From Polymyxa betae A26-41 (Eukaryota; Protista; Endomyxa: Phytomyxea), in the NCBI GenBank assembly GCA_003693705.1, contig RBZT01000751.1, positions 62,001-126,000 of the forward strand: a DNA stretch of 64,000 nt, read 5' to 3'. This document shows, one piece after another, positions 24,985-36,600 of the stretch. Both the position numbers and the translations under genes were made by a program. The notes under the pieces are model-generated. The model worked only from the letters and a program-made list of their open reading frames with translations. It made no database searches and had not been told where the DNA came from. Numbering within the stretch: position 1 is the first letter of the stretch; each line of letters starts with the position of its first letter.

Positions 24985-26552
24985 ATGGGTATCAAAGGTA
25001 ACCGAACCAGATAGCGACATCGAGCTTCCCAGATAACCGCTATAACAGGCTTGACAAAGCTGATCTCTGACTATGCCCCGGCTGCTGTCAAAGAGAAAGA
25101 CATTTCACATTACTTTGGACGAAAGGTCGCTATCGATGCCTCGATGGCAATCTATCAAGTCTGTTTTCTATTATTATTAGCATCCTGTATTCATCTTAAG
25201 CAAATCTAGTTTATGATTGCTATTCGAACAACCGGAGAAGGTGCTGCTCAACTGACGAATGACAATGGCGAAGTGACGAGCCACCTGCAAGGGTTATTCT
25301 ATCGAACCATTCGTATGATGTCGAATGGCATCAAACCTGTTTATGTGTTCGATGGAAAACCGCCAACCATGAAGAGCGGCGAGGTAATGCCCCGAAACGC
25401 CAGCCTCTTAGAACATCTGACTCGCATTTGCAGCTTCTTAAGCGCAGCGACCGAAGAGCTGAGGCAGAAGCATCGCTGAAGGCAGCTACAGACGAGGCCA
25501 ATCACCAAGATATCGACAAATTCAGGTTCGAAAATGCATTACTTTCCTCTGCTTTGTTTAATGAGTCTTCAGTCGTCGGCTCGTCAAAGTATCGAAATCA
25601 GACAATGCCGAATGTATGCAGCTTTTGCAGCTGATGGGCGTTCCTGTTGTTCAAGCGCCATGTGAGGTATGGTAGCAGTTCATTTAACAGTTGTATGCGG
25701 TTTTTCGTGTTTCTTAATCGAACGATTCTTTTTCCGTGAACTAACGCTATCCGAAGGCGGAGGCTCAATGTGCTGCCATGGCTCGTGATAAACTCGTGTT
25801 TGCTACCGCAACTGAAGATTTGGACGCTCTGACCTTTGGAACTCCAATCTTGTTACGTCATCTTACGTAACCAGAATCTTCAGCGAGTTTATCTGATTAC
25901 TTATATTTTGAAGATTTTCACAAGCCCGTAAAATGCCTGTTGCTGAAATCCATCTCAATGAAGTTTTGAAAGGTCTCGATTTATCGATGGTGCAGGTTAC
26001 TATGACTTGATCAAATCCTTTTCAATTTTGTTGATTTTGGTTGTAGTTCCGAGAGCTCTGCATTCTTTGCGGATGTGATTATACCGGCTCGATTCGTGGC
26101 ATTGGACCTCAGAAAGCTCTATCTCTGATCAAGCAACATGGCAGCATTGATGACGCCTTGAAACACATCGATACAACCAAATACCCGTGAGTTGGTTTTC
26201 ATGTTGCAATCTCCGAACTTACGAGGGTTGCAGTGTTCCAGCAGAATTTTTGTACGAAGATGCGAGAGCGCTGTTCGAGAATCCAGAAGTGCTTTCGAAA
26301 GAAGATGTTAAACTCGAGTGGAAGGATCCCGATGAGCAAGGCATTATCAAGTTTCTAGTCGACGAAAAACAGTTTGACATCAACCGTGTCAAATCCGGTC
26401 TCGAGAAGCTGAAAGACGCCAAGAAGAAAAGCTCTCAGCAACGCTTGGAGTCTTATTTCGGTGCTCCGGTCGTCACCAAGCGAAAAGCGACTTCCTCCGC
26501 ACCAGAGAAGAAACCCGCAAAGAAACGCACCACCAAATCGGGTAAGAAATAA
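24985..26552 (+). CDS. FEN1: flap endonuclease 1, multi-exon
   Basis: MGIK|[51 protein letters not shown] box QQRLESYF. Confidence 0.97.
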
Positions 26553-26584
26553 AACACGAATTAGTTCAGCTGTGCACACAAGGT

Positions 26585-28459
26585 TTATGAAGCCGTTGTT
26601 GTATTGGTTCCAGCGAGTGCACGAAGCTGGTTGATATGAACCCGGATCGCCTCGATATGCTCCTTGCCTGTGACAAACATCATCTTTTCGTCCGATTTCC
26701 ATAAGACGAACTCCTGCGCCACTGCATACGATAGCAGAGCTTCGTATTCTTCACGATCCTATCGTACTCATCACTCAGACCATCGAGAAAGGGAAAAACA
26801 AAGGTACCTTGAATTGCCTGAATAGAGCAGCAGGTGACGGTTTTAAGCGATTTCGTTCTGTCTAGATGACACGTAAGCTACGATTCCAGGCGTCTGATCA
26901 AAGTAGAAATACCTCCCATAAACGGATTTGATCAGCGACGTTATCAGGTGGAGCCATGTCTTGCCTAATGACGTTCTCGGCGTTCTCGTACCCAGCAACA
27001 GAAGCAGGATGGGCATAATCGCGCAAGAAGGCGATGATCTCTTCAGCGCTGATACCAATCTGCAATGCTTTCGAGACAGTTTTCTTCGTGATCCGCCCTA
27101 TACAAAATCATTCAGGTTTCTCAACCGAAACAAGGACGATGGCGATTACCGACTACGACGTTTGGTAGCTTGGCTTCTAGCCCAACGAACATGTTGAGCA
27201 GTGCTATTTGCAAAGGAGAGGTTGTATAGGCATAGACCTATCAATGCGATGAATGTTGAGAGACCAGGTTTTTAAGACATCATGCCTTGAACGTCGTTTC
27301 GATTATAATGTAGCGATTCTGAGACGATGTCTGTTCTTTGTAATGTTCACCGGATGAAAGGCTGATCGCTAACCGGGTCGGATAATACAGTTTACTACCC
27401 GCTAAGGCGCCCGAACGTCAATACGATTACGACAGCATATAGTAGACCGACCTTCATGCCAGATAAGGCCGAACTGAACCAGATCTTCAATAACGACGCG
27501 CTGACTCTTGGTCAACGCCCGGATCGGATAGCCCTGAATGAGCTGTATTTAGACCTCACGAAGCAACCTGCTTTCGAATACCTTTCCAAGTTCCAGAAAT
27601 CCTAACCGAAACAGTATTGATAGGACTTCATTGCGGTTCATTTTACGGCGCTAAAGCAACACTAAGCAAGGCTGTCATAGACATTGTGGTAAGCTTATAC
27701 TTCGACATTCTGAATGTATCCGATCAGAACGGTCCATAGCTGCGAGAACAGCTCTTTGAATAGGAATTTAAACCCGGAGCTCGTCGGTCCCGTATCGCTC
27801 CTGGAATCAAATCAGCCGGGAGTTTTGATCTTCAGAAGAGAACTCTTACACGAGTCCCATATCTTTGATCAAGTTCTGGACGGGCTTCGAGGGAAGCGGA
27901 TATCGACCAGATTTCACCATGAAATGCAGCAGCTGATGATGCGATAAGCGATAAGAAACACACCGATGCCTAATCGTACGATTTCCCATCGTTTCTCGGC
28001 GGTCTCAACCAGATCCTGCAAAGCGGGCGCCTTCGAATCCAGGCCGGACTCGGCGCTGGTATCGATGGTGGCTGCAGGCTGTAGCGATTCGTATAACGAT
28101 CGATGGAAGGTCTCGTTCAGAACGAGCTCGTCGTCGCTGTGCCGAACTCGCATCAGCAGATGCAGGCGGCGACATTCCGCGAGCATCGCCCCATACAGCG
28201 GCATCGATTTATGTCGAATCCACGATCGCAGCACCGATTCGTGAATGACCTGGCCTGGGCATAGAGCTAGCAGGCGGCAGATGCATTGTTTGCTAATCCT
28301 TGCAGCGAATGACGAAATCGGTGGCGGCGGCTGTCCGCAGATTTACCTGGAGAGCGAGCGGAAGACAGCCAGACACGTGTAATGATCGGTGTAGAGATCG
28401 TTCAGCGCATCGCTGCTGGTCTGGCAGATGTAATCAATGATGCCGCCCGACTCCTTCAT
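26585..28459 (-). CDS. TFB2: TFIIH p52 subunit (Tfb2/GTF2H4), multi-exon
   Basis: LYTDHYTCLAVFRSL at the N-terminus; GFKFLFKELFSQLW, LQIGISAEEIIAFL, PDNVADQIRLWE. Confidence 0.9.
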
Positions 28460-28899
28460 CGAGCCAGGCAATCTCGCGTTCTTTTACTTTTTGAGATGCA
28501 GAGATTGCAGCGCACAGGATTCGAAGGAAATCTCGGGCGCAGTTTTCTGCATACTGTATTTAACATACAGGAAACTCTGTAAATCAAAAATGCGCGATGA
28601 AGACTGTAACGGTAATGAATATTGCGAGGACACATTTTTAGAAGTTTGTGTACGGGGTTTTGATTCAATCTGATAGAAGAGCTAACCAGCTCTTATAAAA
28701 AAGTCACGATCGAAGACGACTTTCAGGTCCGCTTTCTGGATGTGGTTGGTGATGGTAGGAAGGATATCAAATCATACACAAGGCTAGCGCGCGGAACTTT
28801 GTGGAGCAAGCGGCAGACATGTGTTGTTAATGACGCCTACCGGTATAGAAGCTGCGTACCTGGGAGAGCCCAAGTGGAAGACCTCCAAAAATCGCGTAT

Positions 28900-29838
28900 T
28901 TGGAAAAATGCGCGATGCGCAAAAGTGCTGCATAACGGTCTCGCGCAGCCTCTCGCAAACATTACGTAGTGTGGAACTTCGAGGGGAACAAAGTCCCGGA
29001 CAATGTCCGCGCGCATTTAATTTCTACCTATGTACGTACAGCCTATCCAGCTCATTCCAATCAAGGGTAGACGTATACCGCTGCTCAAAAGCTCGATATA
29101 TTGAAAGCAATAGACGAACGCGAACCTGGCATGTCTGCCAAGGCTGTTTGCGCCAGTCTCATCGTCCAACAAGGCCAAGTGTCTCGCAGGAGAAAAAATA
29201 TCGAGCAAATATAATCTGTTCGTCGTTCGACTAAAAGTCATTGCATTAGTGCCCCGTCCATTTTGGACGATTACCGAGAAGACATTTTAAGCTACATTTT
29301 TAAAAGACGGGAAGATTTGGTAACGTTGCCTCTATCATTTTAATTCTTTAAAAAAATTTAAATAATTCTGTAAAACAGCGGCTTCGACGCGGATGGTCGA
29401 TTCCTACGCGAAGTTCCTTGACAGGGACTCTAATGAGAAATCAGAACCGGCTAGAATTGCAATCGTCCGCCGGTTTTAAAAAAACATCGTTATGGAATCA
29501 GAGTTGGGACACATGTGGCGCAGCAAAATCCTGCCGAAACTCGTGAATTGGCTGTGGACTTTATTCAGTCCGTCCGAAAGCAACTGCCTTGGTTCCCAGA
29601 GCAGAGTTTAATTCTTAACATGGATCAGACTCCTGTATTCTTTTCAACGGAATCCCGCACTACATTGAATAGTGTTGGAGCGCGAACGGTTAACATTTGC
29701 TCAAGTACAGACTCGACTTTACGCGTTACGTATACGGTTGGCGTTACTGTGACAGCGAATGGCATCCTTCTTCCTCCAATGATCATTTTCAAGGGCAAAT
29801 CTTCAGGTTCAATTGCTCGATCCTTCTCATCTTTGTGA
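28900..29838 (+). mobile_element. degenerate pogo/Tigger-type (DDE_1) transposase remnant; limits approximate
   Basis: ILNMDQTPVFF ... TVGVTVTANGILLPPMIIFKGK is the DDE_1 N-terminal motif; upstream frame broken, ORF truncated. Confidence 0.8.
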
Positions 29839-30349
29839 GCGAAGTGCGGTGATCTGGCTAGCCCAATCACCAACGCTAATATCTTCCTTGCGCAATTGAA
29901 GCAGATTCATTCCTAAACTATCGTTTCCATCCGAGGAGTCAGAACAGCCCTGAACGAACTGACCTGTCATGGTGCAATTATAAAGTTCTTCGGTTGCACT
30001 CCCGAAAAAGCTAGCGAAGAGGTTCATCAAGCCAGTAAGCTGACAGCCGAACTCGAGAAGACGGATGAAGATCCCATACTGGCGGTACGATTGAATTCCG
30101 ATTGGATCGTTGAACATGGCCAGGGCGTAGCCGATGCCGTCTTGGATGTCATCGCCGTCTTCGGCATGCCGGACGGTCAGCGCCGTGATTTAATGCCTGG
30201 GCACCGGTTTCTGTTTCATTTTAACAAATCCTCATATTTTTCGATTGCCAAGATGACATCTTTCAAAGATTTCTTGCACATGGCCCTAGGGCGATCGCGG
30301 TTAATTGTCATGATTGCGTGCAGGCGCAGCTACCCCACCTTGATATTGT

Positions 30350-31200
30350 CCAATTGAAATTTCTGCAAAGTCTGCAAATCTACGTTATGGGTCGATCGTC
30401 TGAAGAAAACCCTGCGAAACGATCGAAACAGATCAGCCAAAGGAGAGGAAAAAGCCATCATCAAAGGGGGGAAAGGAAGTTCTTGACAAAGATGATTCGC
30501 GAGATGGAAAATCTAGCAAAGACAGTATCGTGATCAACCACACGAAGAATGACGATGATATAGTGACATCCTTACAGCAACAATATCAAAATGTTACCGC
30601 TTCAACTAAAAAAATCCAACCTCCAAGACTCTATCAAACACCTTTTCGCTATCGATAAGATTATCCAACATTATAGAATCGGATTCAAGTCCAGTTATGC
30701 TAGATCTAAAGGGAATCGACGAACGGAAAAACGGAACGATGTGTAAGATTTTCTTTACAAACGCAATAGCGAAAAAAGAGATACTAGACGAGATTGAAGA
30801 GTTTAGAAATTTCGAGAAATCGGTGGGTCGCTGTTCTTTGTACTCTAAAACGAGTTACCGTACGAACGTTGCCTTCAATAACATAACTGGTATCATCATC
30901 AACATCTAAACGAGACTGGGAATTAGTTCTTAAACGTTGAGATGCAGGACTGGATCAAAATGAGGTAGCTGCGCCTGCACGCAATCATGACATTAATGCC
31001 ATCGAGGTACCGGCTATTCCGATAACATCTGTGCGATCATTCACAAGATAGCTGTCCGAGAAAATGAAATGAGATGTGCAAACATCAATCGCAGTAATTA
31101 AAGTTCAATTTTCCCAACCAACAATCTTCGAACAGAAATGTCGTATTGGAAAGACGCAGACCTGATCGAAGGACCAACAGCAAATCTCGACATAGGAAAA
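30350..31200 (+). pseudogene. purine-rich broken coding remnant, possibly retroelement-derived
   Basis: A-rich strand bias and short basic ORF fragments with stops; no diagnostic motif recognised. Confidence 0.25.
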
Positions 31201-31441
31201 GTGTAGTTATTACATATTAGCGATTATATTATTGAAACGATTTCGATTGGTCTGCTTTAAAAATTTGTAGAAGACGCTTTAGTTCGTCAATACTTGGTGA
31301 TCTAATTGCATTCGACTTAAAGCTCCTTGATGAGAGTTTCATAGCTGTATGGAGAACTGTTTTCATGTCCTAACAATTAACGACGAATTTTGGCAGGCGT
31401 ACCGTTTGATATCGTTATGCCTTTAATGGAAAAGTGATACG

Positions 31442-33538
31442 ATGTCGGAGCACGAAGTGAACGCCGATCTGGCGGCCGGAGGCGGCATCGCCTGCCTTCT
31501 CGCCGTAATCCTGATTGGTGGAATTCGGGACGCCTTAGAACGAGGCCTGCATCGCTATCCCGAACTAATCGAGCTGCTGCATGCGTTGTACCGCGATCTG
31601 GCCGTCGCTGTCTTCGCCGTTATGATCATCTCGCTTATTCAAGTCCTTCAACCTTCCATCACCATCTTCTTGGTCGCCGTCTTATCATACGTCGCTTTAG
31701 TGCTGATTATGGTAACCATGCTTCAAACGATCGTAGTTCGAACGTGGCATCGTTGGGATCGGGAAGCACTTCGTGCTGCCATTTCCGATTTGCAGAACTG
31801 TTTGCATAAGGAGACGATGTTCGGTTCTCGAACGCTGGCGACATCCAAGGCAAAGGTCGCCTGGCTCATGTGCCGCGAGATCTTCATCATGCAGTTCATC
31901 TCGGGGAATAGCGAGCTATCCGGCTTCTCGTATGTTCGATATCTTCGTCTGTCACTATCCGACGTCTGCCTTTCGTTCCTTCCTATGGGTCCGTCAGCCT
32001 GCATCGTCATCGCCGCCGGCATCGCAGCCGCCTGGGGCCAGACAAGCCTTGTGAATGGCTCGGAGATATATCTGTTGTTAATCTGGGAGGTCATCTCCCT
32101 TTTGTATCTGATTCATACCTTAAGGCATCTATCCTATATTCTCACCCGATTCTTGATTGACCCAAATCGTTTCACTTCTTCGCAACTGGCTGCATTTTTA
32201 AGCCTTGGACAGGGTCAAGAAGACAACGAGCCCGAGCAGGAGGCGACTCGTCGTAACTCGGCCCCGTTGCCTTTATTTCGAAAGGTTTACCATCAGAATT
32301 CGCATTTCATACGATTTATAACAAATTGGGCAGCTCAGCGATAAGCTTCGAAAACCGCCACATGCAGTCGTGTCGATTTCACAGCCGGACGAAGGCATCA
32401 TGAAAAGCGTTTCGGAGATGGATCCAGATAATCCTACCATCTCGGATTTCTCAAAGAACGCAGCTCTGCCTCGCGATAGCGCTCTGATGTCGACGACTAG
32501 GCTATCGGGCACGCCACGCCCCCATTACGCCCCATCAGAGCCCTCCCATCGAATATCTACTTTGACTGAAAACGAACAGTCGACAAGACGCCCTTATGTC
32601 TCGAACACCGATTATTCGGCCACATACAGACAGCATAATTCTCGTAATGGCAGCATTGTTCGTGGAATACTGGTCTTCCTTGTTGTCATACTGACTCCCT
32701 ATGTGCAGACACCGAGGCCGGTGACGGAATTGTCGTTAGGACGGTCGCATGGAAGAGGTTCGATGAGCGCCTACAGCGTTATGGTAAGATAGGTTCAATA
32801 GCGACTATCTAAACACACGGCTGACTGGTGACCCCAACAGACCCCACGGGCCCGCCTATCAACAACTTCCATGGTGGGTTACATTACATAAACTTGCTCT
32901 CATACTGATGATCAGCTTCAGAATAGTCAGATGCCTCGTACCATACGAATGAGGACGGAGCCAGAAGTTGATCCTAATGGAAAGTTGTCGTTTCGTGTGG
33001 CCGTAAAGCTTATGCTGCTTCGCAAGAGGGCGACGAGCTACGCCCAGGCCAGCATTCTTGACCCGCAGAGTTCTGGCAGCGGGAGGTCGCAATCCCACGA
33101 TTCGATGGAAGCTGCAACCGATCTGGTTCGGATGTTCGGCGGATCAGAAGCTGCCCAAGCTATGTCTGCAGAGCTTCCTGGTAGCCTGCGGTGGTGGGCG
33201 TCACCAGGACCGTCCGCCATATTGAAGGCAACGCACTCCAATCTGGCTCTTGATGCCATTGTACTGGCTGCCACTGCATTAACCCATCCCTTGGATGTGT
33301 ACGGGATCGTGTTTTTACTCGTAGCCATCGTGACGTTCATCAAACTGTATATCACTGCGTTGCTGTTGAGGGATTTTACCATCGTAACCTCTTCAGGATC
33401 AATGGCGCGCGTGGAATTAATGTCTCTGTAAGACCGCCCGCGCTTGTTGATCTGGCTATTTATTGATGGCGCTGTTGCAGATCGAGTAGAAAGCTTGCTG
33501 AGTATGAGCGTGGGTTGAAGTACAATTCAGTCACATAA
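31442..33538 (+). CDS. MLO-like multi-pass membrane protein C, multi-exon, more divergent paralog
   Basis: ELLHALYRDLAVAVFAVMII, WHRWD, WLMCREIFIMQF, FSYVRYLRLSL, RWWASPG..ILKATH, DFTIVTSSGSMARVEL; same phase-2 final intron as A and B. Confidence 0.7.
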
Positions 33539-33663
33539 CGGATTTTGTTCATAATATGTAGCGGTCATATAGATACTACATAATATCTACGTTAAGACAA
33601 ATTGGTAAGAATGTATGTAATAAGATTAGTTGTATTAGATTTGGGTTAGGTTTAAAACACACT

Positions 33664-36600
33664 TTAGATTGTCAAAACCGCCATGATTATTGTTACGAAG
33701 ACGGCGATGAAGACAGACGAGGACGAAGCACTGTTTGCTTTGCCTCTTAAGATGCCGACACCGGAGACGTTGTACCGAGCCAGATCGTTTCTGGAGTAGT
33801 TGCCGTTGTTGGACAAAGACGAAGCGTCGTATTTCTTATCGGTGGCAGTTGCATTCGAAACGGCCTTGCCTTTGCCTTTGGAGAGGAGTTTGCCCTCAGC
33901 ATTAAAATCGTTGCCACGGCTTCTGACGTATTCCTTGCCTTGAACGCTTACGTACTCATTGCTGTTTACGTAATCCTTGCCTTGAGCGCTTACGAACACA
34001 TTGCTGTTTACGTATTCCTTGCCTTGGATGCTTACATAACCGTTGGCGTTCTCAATTCCTTGAACGTTGACGTAGTTGTTGCTTTCAAGCTCATAAACAT
34101 CATAGTCCAGAACGTATTTGCGCTGTGCACAGGCGTAGTTGATAGCGAGACGGAAATCATCGCCAGCACATGGAGAGCCGAAGTACTCACGGTCCGCAGC
34201 AACATCACACGATGCTTTGCCCAAACATTTAGGTGCGATCTTGCTCAGGACGTCCATGTGGCACTGGGCGTTCGATCGCCACAGTTGAGTGTCGTAACAT
34301 GAACCATGTGGTCGGCCGAACGACGTCGACAAGACCGAGACGATAACTGCTCCATCGTCACAGCCAAGAGTCTGGTTGCGTTCACGAGATTGACATTCAA
34401 AGCACATCTTGCTAGGTTTAGCTTCCTTGATAAGGGGCAGCTCGTGACGAACTTTCTTGACAGCTGTAGAGCCAGCATTGACAACCTTCACAACTTTGTC
34501 GCTAGATGAGCCTGTGACCTTCAAAGAGGTTTTCTTGGAAGGAGACGATATCATCACATCCTGCTCGTTAACTTCAACAGAGGTCACCTTAGGAGCCTGC
34601 TCGTTAACTTCAACAGAGGCCATCTTAGGAGCCTGCTCGTTAACATCAACAGTGGTCATCTTAGGAGCCTGCTCGTTAACATCAACAGTGGTCATCTTAG
34701 AAGACGAGATCGCCCTGTCCTTGTTAAAGGACGATGGCGTCAGAAGCTGAACCTTGAAAGACACCGGAGAGCGGACAACAGAGTTCAACTGCGACGAGGA
34801 CGTCGCCAAAGAGGGCCAGACTGGCTGGCCAATAACAGGTTCGGTAACGTTACAGTCCTCAGGCTTGATCAGGGGAGTGGTCAAAAATGGGCTGTTTAAG
34901 GTCCCTGATTTGGGAGCAACCGAGCTGGAAGTAGGCGCCGGCGTAGCGATAGGGCTGATTGGAGCCACACTTGATGACGTCGGTGCTGGAGTGATGCTGA
35001 TTGGCTGAACAGTCTTGTTGGTTGGAACCGGAGTGACAGTGACTGGTTTAACAGTGCTGTTGGCGCTCGGGTAGGTAGTCGTCTTGTTCGATACATTGAG
35101 TTTCAACGTGATGTTGACAATGGTCGAGTTGAGTATCTTGCTGAGGTTGCTGAGTGGCGACAATGTCGAGTTCAGCGGTGCTGTTGTCGAGATATTGGCA
35201 GGCATTGTCGTACTGACATTGACAATTGGATCAGTGACGTTAACAGGACGAGAAACGTTCATTGGAGCCGGCGAGATTGGAGCTACCGATTGGAAGGTAG
35301 GATACGGGCTGGGAGCCGATGTGACGTTAGTGCTGTTCATGGGGCTTCCAACAGGAGCAGTAGTCGGTGCTGCTGACGGGTAGGTACTTGGCGCCGAAGT
35401 TGCGTTCGTTGCGTTCGGAGCTCCGGTGGGATGAAGACTATCCCATCGAGGGGTCGAAGCAAAAGAGGTCGGCGCAGCTGTGTTACGTGGAGCCGAAGTA
35501 GCATTCACAGGAGGCAAGCTCGGTTCTGAGGTGACGTTGGCAACCGGGGCAGAAGATGGCGCTGTAGTTGCGGAAACCGGGGCAGCTGACGAGCCGTTGT
35601 TCAGCGGCTGCGTCGTGAATGACGTTTTAGGGCTGCTAGTAGGCGCTGTGGTTGATTCAAAAGGAATCGAACCGTTGCTGAGCGGCATGGTCGTGTAATG
35701 AGGGCTCTGCACCGGCATCGTGGTTACAAAAGCAGGAGCAGCCGTCGAGCCATTGTTGTTCGGCTGCGAGGTCATAGGCGGCGCTGTGGTCGGCATGTGG
35801 CAGCGGTATTGTACAGTCTGGACGTTGACGTTGCTTAGGTCACAAACCTGCTTGTTGTGGCAAAGGTTGCGGACATAGGGCAGATTGCTGCTGGCATTGA
35901 CAATGTCAACGTAGCCGTACTGGCAGATGAGTTTCTCCGGCGGCGTCGAGTTGGCGATCGGAGCGGCAGTAAAGACCGGCGAGGTAGAAGCCGGAGCCGT
36001 TGTCATGATCGGGGTCGAAGTAGCTGGGGCCACAGTTGAGCCATTGCTGGCAGGGACGGTAGTCGCTGGAGCCACTGTTGAGGCATTGCTGATCGGGACG
36101 GTAGTCGCTGGAGCCACCGTTGAAGCATTGCTGACCGGGACGGTAGTAGCTGGAGCCACCGTTGAGCCATTGCTGATCGGGGCTGTAGTCGCTGGAGCCA
36201 CCGTTGAAGCATTGCTGACCGGGACGGTAGTAGCTGGAGCAACCGTTGAGCCATTGCTGATCTGGGCTGTAGTCGCTGGAGCAACCGTTGAGCCATTGCT
36301 GATCGGAACGGTAGTAGCGGGAGCCACCGTTGAGCCGTTGTTGACCGGGGCGGTAGTCGCAGGAGCCAACGTTGAACCTGGTAACGTCGGGAACGAAACA
36401 TTTCCAGCCGGGGCTGTGGTCGGCATTTCACAGCGGTATTGGACCATATCGACAGACACTGTGGTCAGATCACAGGCCCGCTTGTAGAGACAGGCCTCAC
36501 GAACAAACGCGAGATTGCTGCTGGCGTTGACGATGTTGATGTATCCATACTGGCAGACGATCTTCTCAGGGAACGACACGTTGGCTGACGGGGCGACAGT

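Noticed and set aside
36000-36400. 42-bp tandem array as a CRISPR or non-coding satellite
   Set aside because: No unique spacers, period is a multiple of 3, it lies in frame within the mucin CDS, and the context is eukaryotic
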